From the human T2T-CHM13v2.0 reference genome, Homo sapiens, in assembly GCF_009914755.1 (NCBI RefSeq), contig NC_060942.1: a stretch of DNA of 64,000 bases; one strand, written 5' to 3'. The translations under genes and the position numbers were made by a program. Under the pieces are notes generated by a model, which was given only the letters and a program-made list of their open reading frames with translations, did no database searches and was not told where the DNA came from. Shown here in pieces: positions 62,238 to 64,000 of the stretch (within the stretch, counting starts at the first letter, position 1; every line of letters begins with the position of its first letter).

Positions 62238-62591
62238 TGTCTTAGTCCGTGTGGGCTGCCATAACAAAAATACCATAGACTGGGTGGCTTCAAAACTAGA
62301 AATGTATTGCTCCCAGTTCTGAAGGCTGGGAAGCCCAGGATCAAGCTGCTGGCTGATTTCCGTTACTGCTCATGTCCTCACTTGGCCTTCCTCACTGCAT
62401 GCACACAAAGAGATGTCTCCAGTCTGTTCCTCTTTTTACAAGAACATTCATGAGCACCCTACCCTAATGACCTCATCTGACTCTATTCACCTCTCAAATG
62501 CTCCATCCCCAAATATCATCACATTAGGAATTAGGGTTTCAACATAGGAATTTTGAGGGGACATAAACGTTTAAACATTCAGGCCACGGCA
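62238..62591 (-). mobile_element. MLT1A-like LTR
   Basis: tgtcttagtcc..ggctgccataacaaaaataccatagactgggtggctt. Confidence 0.85.
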
Positions 62592-62912
62592 CCCATAAAT
62601 CATCGTCTGGCACTTAGTATTGTTTGCAGCATCTCCCACCCAATTCCCTTCTCTTTTTGACACAATTTAAATCTGGGGGAGATACTAATAAACTTCAAAA
62701 TGGCTCCCCAAATAGGCGCGATGGTAATTAGAATAAAAGCAGTCCAAAGACTGAACAGACCAAGTATAAATCATCAAAGAAGAAGAGTGTAGAACTGGAC
62801 CAAAAATGGGGGTAAGAGAATCCTCTCCCCTCATCCCTATGAGGCACAGGCTTAAACTCTAGTAGTCTCAGTCACTTCGGTCCAGAACATTAGCACACTT
62901 TTCAACCTTTAA

Positions 62913-63046
62913 GAAAAAAAAATATAAATAAAGACAGGGTCTTGCTATATTGGCCAGGCTGGTCTCAAATTCCTGGCCTCAAGCAATCCTCCAGCCTAAG
63001 CCTCTCAAAGTGCTGGTATTACCAGCATGAGCCACGATGCCCAGCC
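62913..63046 (-). mobile_element. FLAM_C / Alu left monomer
   Basis: Single antisense arm; flanking ttcaaccttt duplication. Confidence 0.8.
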
Positions 63047-64000
63047 TTTCAACCTTTTGTTTAAACTTCACCTAGAACAATGAAATGAACAAGCTGGAGA
63101 TCAGGCCCGCTGTGGCCGTGTTTCTTGGGTGAGGTGCTGGAGCTTGGGCCTGGGCCTGCTATGGCCACCGTGGGAGTCATTAGCACGAATGCGGTGTTTA
63201 CCTCCCTGGGGAAGGGCAAGCAAGCTGCTGGCGTGGTTCAGCATGCACCTTCCCCTGGGAGCCCGGAGAGCACATTAGCAGAGGCTTGGAGAGGGGACTA
63301 GGCAATCAGCAGGTGCGTGTGCACATGCCAGCCTGGAATTTGAAATTAATCACCTGCGGAAGGCACAATGGGCAGATGGGAGGGAGTTGTGGGAAAGGCG
63401 TTGAACCAGCAGCCGAAGCAGCTACTAAATTTAGCCTGGTCCCCAAAGCAGGGCTTAATTAAATTAATCCTGCACACCCCCACCCCCACTCCCAGGCCCC
63501 GTTCCTAGGTGAGTTTTTTTCTGTTTCTAGCTTGGCTCCCATTATAACACAAGCCTCCAAATGTTGATCCCCTTGACAGGTGCCCCAGGCCAGCTCCTCT
63601 GGTGCCAGTGCTGGGAAGGAAGTGCAATTCCCAGCTGTCCCTGCCGCTCCTACAATGCTGGGTGCAGCCCAGAGCGAGGCCATTTGTGAGGATTTGCCAG
63701 GCTCTCTAGCAGCTGAGATGGACCTGGCGCTCAGCTGCCCTCCACCCACACGGTAAGGTCCCCACATCAGGGCATGCCTGCTGTTGACCTGCCCCCCACC
63801 CCTCCCTTCCTGGTCACTGCTTGTCCCCACACAGAGGGCTTCACCCCTCCCCCAACACCAGCAGGACAGTTATTCCAGCTGATCTCATGCAGCCCCAGGG
63901 CTGTGGCAGGGAAGGCTATCTTGGCTCCATGAGTCAGCTAAGTGAGTTATTAGTTCCCAAAATTTTAATCTGTACCTTCCCTGAATCTGCTGCCCTGCCA

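Overview
Primate (almost certainly human) non-coding genomic DNA, densely filled with retroelements: LINE-1s of several ages, about 20 Alu/FLAM/FRAM elements, about 20 solo LTRs (MER52, MLT1/2, MST, THE1, LTR9, LTR26-like, LTR54-like, MER31), plus L2 and MIR relics. No conserved multi-exon coding gene is visible. The one long ORF not derived from L1 or Alu is 21436-21972 (+, 178 aa, MERIVHCEG...). I recall it as the putative protein C18orf12, which would place the window in a large intron of minus-strand ZBTB7C at 18q21.1. That is from memory and unverified, but a strong + strand bias of L1s and LTRs independently fits a minus-strand host transcript. The best observations are: (1) a MIR-derived de novo ORF between two independently inserted, same-orientation LTR9 solo LTRs; (2) a tailless retrocopy of the 5' half of tRNA-Gln(CTG) with a target-site duplication (TSD); (3) a perfect 36-bp-arm AT-rich palindrome plus other fold-back templated insertions; (4) a twin-primed L1PA2 with a 15-bp overlap; (5) an antisense-Alu Kozak ATG in frame with an open ~360-aa L1 ORF2 C-terminus; (6) several motif-rich candidate enhancers. 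I found no convincing new multi-component system. Repeat subfamily names are by eye and boundaries of old repeats are approximate.
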